NCBI GenBank assembly: GCA_000165425.1
Contig: CT867989.1
Coordinates: forward strand, 1 to 64,000
Reading direction: 5' to 3'
Source of the DNA: Paramecium tetraurelia
Taxonomy: Eukaryota
Length of the DNA stretch: 64,000 bases
Shown: positions 29,020 to 43,836 of the stretch, in pieces
Layout: each line of letters begins with the position of its first letter
Numbering within the stretch: the stretch's first letter is position 1
Position numbers and translations under genes: made by a program
The notes under the pieces: generated by a model
The model's input: only the letters and a program-made list of their open reading frames with translations
Told to the model about the DNA's origin: nothing
Databases searched by the model: none

Positions 29020-29421
29020 ATGTCATCAGGAGGAAAAGGAAAAGCAGGAAAGGGAGGCAAAGCCGCAGGAGCTCATAAATCAGTTTCCAGATCACACAAA
29101 GCTGGTTTGTAATTCCCAGTCGGAAGAGTTTCAAGATATTTGAAATAAGGAAGATACACAGAAAGAGTTGGTGCTGGAGCTCCAGTTTATCTTTCAGCTG
29201 TTTTGGAATATTTGGCTGCTGAAGTTTTAGAACTTGCTGGAAATGCTGCTAAAGATAACAAGAAAAACAGAATCAATCCAAGACACATTCTTTTAGCCAT
29301 CAGAAACGACGATGAATTAAACAAATTAATGGCCAACACAACAATCGCTGACGGTGGTGTTTTACCAAGCATTCATCCATAATTATACCCATCAAAGGAA
29401 GATCCAAGTTAAGCAGTTTGA
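29020..29421 (+). CDS. H2A: Histone H2A with C-terminal SQAV (H2A.X-like)
   Basis: [24 protein letters not shown]...[18 protein letters not shown]...GGVLPSIHP...PSQAV*; intronless, 133 aa. Confidence 0.98.
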
Positions 29422-29525
29422 AATGTTTAATTTGTTTTACAATTAACATATACAAATTTATTTTTTAAATTCTAGACTCCAATATATATTAAAGAAATAA
29501 ATAAATGAACTTGAATATTGATAAA

Positions 29526-30877
29526 TCAATTCTTCTTTGATGTGTGTGCAATTTTAACAGACTTTTATGCTGCATCATCTAAATCTGTTGCAGTTGTAAT
29601 TGATACTTTAGTCTATGATTTGGCAAATTCATCCAACATCTTGGCGCCTTTTAATTATTCTCAATTTATTACCTTATTATGAATTTGTTCCTGTTAATCT
29701 AACAACTAATGGTGTCTTTAAATCAACCAATTAAGCTGCTTTGATAATACCTTCAGCAATAATGTTGCATTTCATAATACCACCAAAAATATTAATAAGG
29801 ATTGTCTCTACCCTTGGGTGTGAGTTCAAGATTTCAAAAGCTGTCTTAACTTATTCAACATTAGCACCACCTCCGACATCTAAGAAATTGGCAGGTTCTC
29901 CACCATATAATTTAATAATGTCCATTGTAGCCATTGCCAAACCAGCTCCATTCACCATACAACCAATATTTCCATCTAATGCAACATAGTTCAATCCTGC
30001 TGCCAATGCCAATTCTTCATGTGGGTCTACCTATTCTGATGCAACTGATGTTTTTCTCAAATCTACCAACTACTTTTATCTAAATTTAGCGTTGTCATCA
30101 ACATTAATTTTAGCATCGATGCAGAATAATTGATTCTTTGGATCTGTTGCCCATGGATTGATTTCTACTTAAGTAGCATCCAATGAGATAAACATCTTAT
30201 ACAGATTTCTCAATTATTCGACTGCTTATTATCTAACAGATTATAATTGAAGAGTGTCAACAACCTTATTGGCAATTTGATCAGTCAATCCTGTGTTTAT
30301 ATCAATTGGTAACACAATAATACTATTTGGATCTGTCTTTGCTACTTCTTCGATTTCCATTCCACCATTAATTGATGCAACAATAGCTGGCTTTTAAGAA
30401 TTTCTATCCAGAATAAATGCTAAGTATAATTGACGTACTATATCCACACCTTCATGTACAAGCACTGCATTCACTTATAAACCCTAATTTAGTAAATATT
30501 AGTCTGTACTTCTTTTGGTGTCTAATGTGTTACCAATTTATATCCAATCATTTATTTAGTATAGTTGGCTACTTCTTCTGGAGTTTTGCAGATTTTTACT
30601 CCTCCTTTCAAACCACTTGATAATGTTCCTTAAATAGACCTATTTTCATACCCTTTCCTCTTCCACCAGCATGGACTTATGACTTAAGAATCAAACCACC
30701 ACTTGGATCAAGTGTTTTTGCTACTTTGGCAGCATCGTCAGCATTCAAAGCGATTGCTCCTTTTTACACTCTGACATTGAATCCTCTCATCAAGTCTTTA
30801 CTTTGGTATTCATGAAGATCAAAACATTTAACAACTTTGTGTTACAATGCAGCCAACCTTGTAATACGATTGAACAT
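29526..30877 (-). CDS. Succinyl-CoA ligase beta subunit, mitochondrial
   Basis: [75 protein letters not shown]. Confidence 0.96.
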
Positions 30878-31043
30878 TTATTTTAAATCTTTTTATTTAA
30901 TCAAAGCACAATAACTAATCACTTAAAATAAACTATTTTTAGGATTCATTAAAGCAATCTCTATATACTCCTCTAAGTCATCAGATAAATCTAATAAATA
31001 ATTACAAAAGAAAATTTTATAATCAAAGAAAACTATTTTGATG

Positions 31044-32485
31044 TCATTTCCTAAAATAATTTGATCTTAAATTGTATTTTTATATTGGATTCTTGAAGTT
31101 AAAGTAGACCGATTTGAAATGTAGTAAATTATATTTTACTTCTAGATCTTGATTCTCCCTTTCCATCAATTGCTATTCAGCTTTTAAGGTCATTCCTGGA
31201 TCATGTTCAATGATACCTTCAAAGGTAGAAATCCTTGCAATTTAATTATTGTGTGGCTGTACTTTTAGATCTTCTTGTATATCACTTAAGGAAAAACCCA
31301 CTCTTATGCTTTTGATACTTCCTTAATTGGTAACCGCACTAAATTGTAATGCACTACTTCCATGTTCTGAGGATCCTGCTAATTCATCCTAAACAGCAGA
31401 GGTTTTAACATTTTGAGGAACTAAACTCTCTCCTAAAAATCCTCTAAGTTTTTATGTTAATTAAATTACCTCTTAATTGTACTACAACTTTAATATTTTG
31501 AATTTTAATTGCTCTTCCGTCTTTTGTTTAATTTTTATTTATGAGATCTGCTTTTTTGATAAGTCCAATCAAGTCCTTAATCTGGAAAGTTATGTAATTT
31601 TGTTAGAAATAACCCTCTCAACATTGCATATTGTGGTTTTATTTATTAAGTCAATGACTTTACATATTTCATATACCTAAGATTTTTATTAAATTATCAC
31701 TTTAATATTGAATTTGGACAATCGAAACATAATTCTTCCATTTTAGTTTCCGATTTTAATTTTCCTATTTTATCCAATCTTAATAAATCAGTTTTTTCTA
31801 TATTCATCCAAGGCAAACTCTATTTCATTAAGTAAATTAGTAAATAGCCTAATGATTCTAAATCGTCCTTTGCTGACTGCTCTATGCCTTAATGAGCAGC
31901 CAAACTTGCATATCTACTTGTACCAATAAAGGAGATTTTCTTTTTCCTATTTGGTTTTTAATTTAGATTTCGAGAAATTCCGTAATCGATGAGATAGATC
32001 TTCTCAGAATCGCTTTTACTTAAAATATTCTCTGGTTTCAAATCCCTATGTATTACATTCCTAAAAATCAATTACTTAATTACCTTGAGTGTATTTGTTC
32101 CAAAATCCACAACATTTGAAAGGCAATGTTGTAAATACATTATGTTGAAAACTTCTAATATTGTTTTTAAAAATATATTAGGTCATGTCCAAGCAAATTG
32201 GTTATCATAACGTTGCATTTCTTGAATTGGCCATACCAATATAATTCAGGAATCTAGGAAACACCTTGAAGTAGTTTCAATATTTCAATCTAATTTTACA
32301 TATTGTTTTACTTCTCTATTTAGGCTACTATAACTTGCCATTTCTTGTTTTTCCACCTTTATTGCTACATTTTTGTTTCTTGTCAAAGATTTTCCAACAT
32401 ATACTATTCCAAATGAACCTTATGATATTTTTTTTATTATTTCATATTGATTATCGATAACATCTCCTTATTAAATTTAGTTCAT
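31044..32485 (-). CDS. Casein kinase 1-like kinase
   Basis: [63 protein letters not shown]. Confidence 0.93.
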
Positions 32486-33627
32486 AAATTTAATAATAGA
32501 AAGACTTGATGATATATTTTAGATAATTTCTTATTAAAAATATATTAAATTTTGAAGAAGTTGAATTAACATATCAATCAATTTTCCATAAGTTTATCTC
32601 TTAGTATAATTGTTATATACTACAATCTATAGATTTTTATTCTGATATATATTCACCTTTATCAGAGTACTGATTTATATTTTATAATATTATAATTAAC
32701 AATTTTAGAAAAATCAAAGTTTAGGGCGACAGGTTGGAATTTGGATTAATTGATTAATATTTGTGAGATTAAATAAGTATTAAGTTTTAATTTATTTAAT
32801 GATGAATAATAAGAAATTTTATCCAGGGATTAGATAGATCGAAAATAAAATAACAATATTATAAAATTAAGGAATATTTAATAAATTTAGTGGGGAAAAA
32901 TAACAAGCTAAGATTAAGTATTGAGAATATATTTAAGAGGTTATTTTCAGATAAATAGCATAGAAATCAAGAAATTTTGAGACGAAATGAAATTACTTCA
33001 AATATCTCCTTAGTGCCTGCTTAAAGAATGTATCTAATTGAAAAATGAGGGATTGATTTTATAAAGGTTGCGTTTAGTTCGATCTATACTCGCATACAAT
33101 GAATGAATTAATACTTTTTGGAAATGAATAATTGTATAAGATACCTTTGTAATATTAGATTGTAGTTATATTGATAATGATATATTTTGTAGTATAAGAA
33201 AGATTATTTGAATAAAAAAAATTTTATTTGTTAAATCAAACATAATTTTATTAAATAAAACATAGTAAATTTGGATATAATTGAATTACTTTAAATACAT
33301 ATCATTAAACTTTTAGGGACAGAAAATATTTTTTATTAACTTCATAAACAATAATACAACCTTATTAATGCTTTTGGAATTATTTCCTATCTTTTAAATG
33401 CAATCAGAATAAATGAAAATAGTTTACATTTAAGAGAAAGGAAGAACTATTTAATTTCTATAGATTAACCATGAATATAGTACTATTTTGATTAAACAAT
33501 TATAGGAAATCTTTATTTAATAAATTTTAATAGAAAATTAATATTAATACTAAATTTAATAGAATTATTAAAGGTATAAAACCACTTTATTCCTGAAAAT
33601 TCTAATATATTTTAATAATTTAAGTAT

Positions 33628-34017
33628 ATGTTTTCAAGATATTTGGTTCTCTACCTAGTATTATCAACCTTGGTGATGGAGGTATAAGGAGGAAAAACAG
33701 TATTATCAACCTGTTTTGGTAAATTAGTCCCTGCTGTTATTAAATGTTTCGGGGCTAGAATATTTGGACTAAATATGAACAAAGTGAAACACATAATGAT
33801 TGCAAGACATTATCTAGATAAATTAGATCCAGGAGAAATCGTTTATGAAGTGATAACTGTAGTTGCATCAAACTTGCCTTATAAAAAATATGTTGATATT
33901 ATGCTTGTGTCAGGAAAAATAATAAGAATCACTGTTAAAATACTGGCAGATGGAGTTGGAATTGGAACTGGTTATGCAATTGAAAAAATTGCCGATGCCA
34001 TTGAAAAATAATGCTGA
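33628..34017 (+). CDS. Small secreted cationic protein (129 aa, intronless)
   Basis: Signal-like MFSRYLVLYLVLSTLVMEVQG, then GKTVLSTCFGKLVPAVIKCFG...GVGIGTGYAIEKIADAIEKQC*. Confidence 0.75.
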
Positions 34018-35395
34018 AAAACTATTAATATAATAATTTATAAATTCTTTAACAATTCTAGAACTTTTCTTCCTAATAAATTTTAAGTCAGAAAGAAATA
34101 CTCATCAATTTTTTAAGTTTAGATATTAAGATCTGAAAATATACAAATAAGATATTACTACCTTATGAATCGAACCACAATTATTTATCCAAAACTAGAT
34201 ATCACTATATTTTAACTAAAATAAAAATTCTTAATCTAGTCAAAATAACATCCTCCTCCTGCTTTATAATTTTCTCAACTTGATCATTGAGGGTGTGTAT
34301 TATGCTCTCGGCAATTTAGTTATACATATATATTTTTAATTTATTATTTAAGTATTAATTTATAAAAAATAATTTCTAGAAATGTATAATTAGAATAAAG
34401 AGCATTTCTAATTGCTTTTAATATTTTACTAATTCAAGAATATAAGTACTTTATCATTATCATTTTTTCTGACAATGTTGGCTTTTTGAATTTATTAATG
34501 TTTTAATAATAAACAATTTCATTAATATCTTCTAATAAAAACATTGCCTTTTTCCATAGTTTATAGTTTAGATTGTTTTAATATATTTTATATAATAATT
34601 TTTTGTTATATTTGAATTGTAAAAGAATGTTGTTTATTAAATTTACTGATATTATCATCATATTAATTAATATCAAATAGTAAATTTTCAATCGAAAAAT
34701 AAAATAATGATTATGATTAATACAAAGCATTTAAGCCATTTCTCAATAATTATTCATCTATAAGCAAAGCCTACAATTATTCAATTTTCATTTCACTTAG
34801 ACTATCAAAAAAACATTGTCCTTAAAATTTCCATAAATAAAGTCGAATAGTAAAGATAAGCAAATCTCCAAGTTCAGTTGATGTAGTCTTATAGATGATA
34901 ATAGATAGCCTTAGTATTAGTATATTTTTATTAAATCATATTTACTTTGATCATATCTGAGCAATGCGGTCAATCTCCTATGAATTAGCACTTTCACATA
35001 CTTTCAATCTAATTCTTTTAAATTAATCGTTTACGCTAATATATTGTACCGATAAACCAATCATATATAAATCAAAAAATTAATCATAGTTTATTATTTC
35101 AAGGATGTTCAATAAAGAAATGTCGACAAAATTTATATTATTATCTGAATGCTTTAGTCTTGTTCTTTATAATATCTTAAAGACCTTCAATTATTCTCTA
35201 CTTCTGTGCTTTTAGTCAAGATGACACTTGTGAAGATACTCTACTTTTTGTTAATTATTTCAAAAACGAATATTGTTATTTCTTGATTCACATCTTAGAT
35301 TCAACTTATCTTTTGAGTAAGTTCTCTAACACTCTGTTTATCGATGAATAAAAGTTAAAGTAATTTTGCATGAAGAGATAATAATAAAATAATGA

Positions 35396-35650
35396 TCAAG
35401 AGAATTATCTTTATACAAATGAATTCTAAGCCTCTTATTGATTCTCATCGTTTATTAAACTTGGCTTAGCAGAATGAGCTCTTCTTTGAACTATAGGATT
35501 CTTTTAAATTTTGTATTTTTCTAAACAAAATTGATTAAAAATCTCTCTTTCAACTTCATCTCCTTCAATTAGTTTTGAAGTTATCTGAGAAGGCAACTAT
35601 TGAGATTGAAATTGGTCAGTTTTTTTCTTAGATGACTATGAACAACCCAT
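35396..35650 (-). CDS. Small protein with MGC N-terminus (predicted myristoylated/palmitoylated), 84 aa
   Basis: MGCSQSSKKK...KIQKNPIVQRRAHSAK...RQFS*. Confidence 0.75.
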
Positions 35651-36235
35651 TTAAAAAATAATTAATTAGATTGAATCATCGTGTTTAATATTACGAAAAT
35701 TAACAAACATGAAGTTCTAAATCATAACTACTAGCTATGCTGATATTTTTTATTCATACCATTCGAACTATGTACAAGATATTTAGTATAACACTTCCTT
35801 TTCTTCCATCATCATAAAATTTTGTTTATTCTAGACAATTTATTTATTTATATAATCTAATCTTTAATTTAGAAACAGATTAATTTAATGTAATTTTTAT
35901 TTTCTAGTAATCCATAAATTTAACTTCACCATCAGTATGTTTTCACTCATATGATCAACTATATTGCTTTGTTAGTCTAGGATCTAATATGGATAACAAC
36001 TCCAAAAACTTTAAAATTGTATCTCATAAAGATGATTAAGTAAATTTGGTATAAATTTAAATTAAATATTCATTCTTTCTTCAAATTACTTCTAATTTCT
36101 TTTAGATTGAAAATATACATAGAAGAAACATTGTGAATCAAAACTAATTTAAATGCTCTTAAAACTTCATATTAAAAAATTGTTTGAAAGAGTTAGATAA
36201 ATAATACTACATTTATTTTAAACAAATATATCATC

Positions 36236-37886
36236 TCAATGACGCCCTTCTTGAATTTCTCTAAGTGGAGTTCGCATAGCTTCAGTACTTAAAACTTCTA
36301 ACATAATGTAAATTTGATAGAGTAAATTATTATCATCTTAGTCGATAAACCCAAATTCTTAACAAATGAGTTGAGGTAGCTAATTTTAGCTATTGTTTAT
36401 TTTGTCCTCTATCTTCTCATTTTTATCTTTTTCATCTTACTTATCCGATTAAGCATAGCGTGATTTTATTTAACTTTTTAATTATTAGTGTTCATCCAAT
36501 GCTTTGCCTTTAATTTTATCTATATTGTCTTTTATTTTTTTCAATTTCATTTCATTTATAAAACCTTTTAGTTCAACTTCATCAAGTAACCTAATTAGCT
36601 ATGAAATAATATTACTCAAAATTGACCCTAAAAAATATTAGAAACAAAACTTTTTTTGTAAATTCATCCAATTCTATCATATCTTTATTGAATGCTAAGT
36701 CCTCCTACTATCTAGCTGCATTCCTAAGATTGCCAGACACGCTTTGAAGTAAAATAACACATTTTTCATAATTCTTATCTTCATTTTAAAGTTTCTGATT
36801 TGGAATAATCATTTCAAATTCATCAAGTAACAATTACCAATCAGATAAGAGTAATTTAAAATCTTTATTGTTTTCTTGATCTCTAGAAATCAATATATTA
36901 TTTCTTTTCACTGTGCACAATTTCTTAGATATCTATACAGACAGCCTTTGATTTACAGATTATTTATCATCTTATATTTTAGCTTTCAAAGCTAGGGAAA
37001 TTACTTGGATGGCTTAATATGCCATTTTTACTTTGTCTAATAATGTTATTGATTAATGATGGCTTAATTATATAATTAATATGTACCTAAAAGTGTAAGT
37101 ATTATATTATTCTAGGTTGCTAATGATATAACAGTTGCAATATTCTTGTTCATTCTTTACATCTTCTATTTTGTAATAGTAATATTTTTAACCAAAGATC
37201 TCTATCATCGCATCATCAGGTTTTTTCTAAACCTATAAAACTCTTTCTATCCACTTTTTAATATCTTCTTTCTTTGCCATTGGCAATAATTTTACACAAC
37301 AATATTTGTCATCTATTTTGCCAAGATAAGTGCAAATTGCCGATTTTTATTTTTAGATTAATCTCACTATAGTTATTTTTCCTCTATATTCTTAAAATTC
37401 ATTCACTTTGGAAAAATCGTATTTGTCTTTGATATCACAAATATTTCTGTTTGCTACATTAGGTCCACAAAAATCGGGATTTTCTGAACAATCTCTTATT
37501 TTATTTTAATCTTGTTTAAACATAGCACTTAATTGGTTTTCTATTTCCTTCTTATTTTCCTAAAAGACTTTGCTTCTATCTAAAATAGCAGTTACTGCTT
37601 TATCAAAGTCTGATTCGTCCTGATCTGTTTATTAAATACTTTCTTCCTTATCAACCTCAATTGGTTTTGCTTCTTCAGGTGGGTTCAAATCCACTTTTTC
37701 TTCTATCTAAATTTCTGGCTTTGGTTCTGGTTCTGGTACCACAACTATTGGTTCCGGTTTTGGTTCTGGTTTGGGTTCTGGTTTAGGTTCAATTATCAAT
37801 TTAGGTTTAGTCTGCTCAACTTTTTAAGGAGGATTTGGCTTGGCCTTTGAGCATCCACAACATTTACATGAACATATAGCACCCAT
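36236..37886 (-). CDS. N-acylated pseudokinase-like protein; 3' part appears frameshifted or truncated
   Basis: MGAICSCKCCGCSK, (KPEP)n linker, kinase-like CCVKLL, VKRNNILI (no HRD), LSDW (no DFG); frame does not resolve near 36630-36660. Confidence 0.6.
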
Positions 37887-38517
37887 AAATTTATTATTTT
37901 ATTAACTTTTATTTGTTTCGAGATAAAGTTTATAAAGTAAATAAATTTGAGATATTATAATTGTCAATTATTTCTTTATAGTTTTTATAATTAGACATGT
38001 AATACATTTTAACTAATTACTATTGTTCATATAGTAATAATATTAGATCATTTTTATTAGATTATTATTTGTATTCTATAAGATGTGATCTGATTTATAT
38101 TAAGTTGATTATTTATTTCGAGAAAATCTATCTAAAAATTAAAATTATTGCACACTTAGATTTGATACTAATTTATTACTTATATTAGGTACTATTATCA
38201 ATAATTCTAATTTTATTAAGACTTAAGAGGTAAATTAATGAAGTAATAAATTATTAAGATAATAATAATAATAATATAAATTAGATAATGTTTTCTGGCT
38301 ATATACAATAATTGAAAACTTATCTCTATATTAATTTTAGCTCAAAGTCTCTTAAACTTTAACTAAAGCCACTATATTTATATGGTAATTTGTTAATTTT
38401 CGTTTATTAATTATAGTATCATTAATCTGTTTTAGAAAAAATTTGTGTTTATTAATTTTTATAAATAGCTCATTTCCTCCATGCTTAAGAGTGTGAATAT
38501 TAAAAAAGAAAGTTATA

Positions 38518-41226
38518 ATGCTTAGCAAATAAGTTAAAAATTTAAAAGTGATAATCTTGTATTTCAATCTTACAGATTGTTTTGATTCTTTAATAGAATT
38601 AGAAAAATTGTCAGATCTCAAGTTACTTAATCGAAATACTATATATTCCGAATTTGGGTTATGATCAGAATGCCATGATAAGCAATCTCTACAACTTTAT
38701 TACTTTTAAAAGCTAATTTAAGAAAATTTATCTAATGAAATCGATATACTGAATTTAACTTTATTAAGGATTAATTTACTCAAACTTGCACAAAATTTTG
38801 GAAAATGCTATATGAAAATTGTTATCCAATACAATAACACTATATCATAAAATGACCAAAGCTAAATTGATAAACATATTAATTAGTTATTTGATGGCTT
38901 CTTAACTGAATAATAGGAAGTCATATTAGTTTCAAGAAATTTGAGAGAGTAGAAAATGATTTGTTATTTAAGAATGCCAATTGCAAACTTATAGATTTTT
39001 CAAATTAACAGTCTGAATTCTGAAGTTATTTATGAAGAAGACGATCTTAGTTAAATTTTTCAATGCAAAGGATTTGATTAGCAATTTATGAGTCTTTTAT
39101 AACTATCTTAAGGATATTTTTATTTTGAATACAATGATTTCTGTTCTATTGGCTTTGATTGTTATATGTACATACAAGATTAGCTGCAAGTACTTTCAAA
39201 CTAGATCCTGAAAAATATAATAATGTTTTAATATAATATAAATGAATTACTTGAATTACCAAATAGTTTAAAAGGTTAGAATTATTCAGATGAGGATATT
39301 AAACAATTTCAAAAATTATTATATTCTCTTATAATTAGATTCAGGTAAATAATTAATGAAAAGAATTAATCTATTTCAACTATTGTCGAACAAATCTAAT
39401 AAACTATTTAATATTGGGAGCATCGTATTTTAAATCGATTAAGAAGTTTGGCAAGAAATAACTTGAGTTTTAGTTCATATGCAAACAAGGAAAGGATTTT
39501 TTTATTTTAGTTTGAGTAGATTATTGAAGCATATAGCGAAAAATAAAAATTATTTCAAGATGAAACTTAAGATGAAATATTAAGTAGTTTTTTAAAATAG
39601 GATTTGGAAATAATATCTAAATAATGTGCAGTAGAGATTAAGTACTTTGATACTCATCTTCCTTACAGATTTAAATTGTTTTAAGAATCAAATAGGGTTT
39701 CAAATTAATAAAAACCGATTTAAAAACCGAATATCTGTATATTAGGTTTGACAAAAACTGGTAAAAGTACATTGTTGAATATATTGATCAATCCCGAAAA
39801 TATTACAATTTCTGACAATGGCAACCGTAAGCATTTCTCTACAATTGACAAATAAAAGGGAATTTAAATATCCTAAACTTGTGAAAGTGAAACTAAATCC
39901 ACTTTTGATCGAGAAATTGATGATTTTGTATTCACAGATACACCTGGATTTGAAGATACTGATAGGGAAAATAGATTGATTAATTAAATAAAAATCTTTT
40001 CATAATTACAAAGATCTCCCTAATTAATCTTTTTAATTTTGATTGATGGATCAAAATTGTGTGAAAATAAAAATGAACTTTACTCAACTATTGAACATAT
40101 CAATTTATTTTTTGGAGATAAACTATTTGAATCTAAATTGGAAAACTTTATTATACCAGTATTTAACAGATTAGAATCCAATACCATGGATTATATAAAA
40201 AAAATATGGAACATACAAATAGAAGCAAACTGTTGTAACGAGAAAATCTCTTACTTCTTAAAAGCAATAAAAAATAGAATTGATAATTAGAGGTATATTT
40301 AACTATTGAATGCATCCAATTTTATTGATGAAATAGAACTAAAAGATTTAATCTAATAGAAGTAAAAATATTAAGATTAAATTACCTAATTGATTAATGA
40401 TAATAAAATTTCAGAGCAGCTTGGTTATTTAAATAAATAAGCAATTTAATTATAAAAATAAATTGATATTAAATCAAATCAATCGCCATAAATTAACTAT
40501 GAATTGTTATAGGGAATTAAATCAAACATTTTAGATTTAAGTAGATAATTATAAAATGAATAGATATAATAACAAGCAAAAATAGCTTTTATTTTGGAAT
40601 TAAATGCTGAGATGAAAGAGAGTTATGATATCATATTAACATACTAAGATGAAATATGCTAATGCCTTTTAACATAAGTTACTGATGTGATAATTAATAA
40701 TCTTTTAAATAATCATTCTAGAAAAGTAGATGATGTAATAAACCTATGTTCTTTAATATCAAATATTATAGAAAACTATAAATCATCAGAAAATATAAGT
40801 GTTTTTGCGTTTTTCGATTAAATAATATAACAATTTATTAATCTTTTCAAAAATCAAATTTTGGTTATGGATTTAATTGATAAATTGAAGTCTGTTAATA
40901 ACCTCTCTTAATTCATTAATAATGGATAAAAAATATAAAATATTTCAGTTTAATACTTAGAAGATGAATTAGAACTAATTAAAAAAAGCAGTAGTAAAAT
41001 ATAAAATAATAAGCAAGTTTAAGATTTGAAGTTTAATAATAAATTAAAAAAAATTGGAATATATTTTTTAAAACTAATAAAATTGGTTGAAACCGCGTAA
41101 AACCTTGAACAAACTTCTCAATAACACTATGAAAGACTCAAGATGATAATTTTAAAGGATGAGTATGAAGAATTAAAAAATCTTAACGTCCAATATTAAA
41201 TTAATGATTATTATTTTTATATTTGA
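38518..41226 (+). CDS. Large P-loop GTPase of AIG1/GIMAP-like (TRAFAC) type, copy A; in-frame TGA at 38662
   Basis: ICILGLTKTGKSTLLN, SETKS, FTDTPGFEDT, LIDG, VFNRLE, C-terminal coiled coil; single frame, no introns seen; start uncertain. Confidence 0.8.
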
Positions 41227-41337
41227 TTTTTATGATAAAAAGATTCATCCATACCTAAATCCATTAAAATTCCTCTATTCTTGTTGTATAAATAATTTTA
41301 TTTAATTAATAATTTGTTTACGATGAATACTATAATT

Positions 41338-43671
<2,334 letters not shown>

Positions 43672-43836
43672 AATATGTAAAGTATTTCTATCATTATATC
43701 TATCTCTAATTATTTAAAAATAAAATTAATATCTTATCCTAAATATTATACATGTCTCGAATGTAAGTTATAATTTATTATTTTTTCAGTAATTATTCAT
43801 AAAAATATGAAGAATTTATCATGTATTATTAATAGA

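Noticed and set aside
34500..35370. Coding-like minus-strand stretch
   Set aside because: TGA stops in all frames and no recognisable motif
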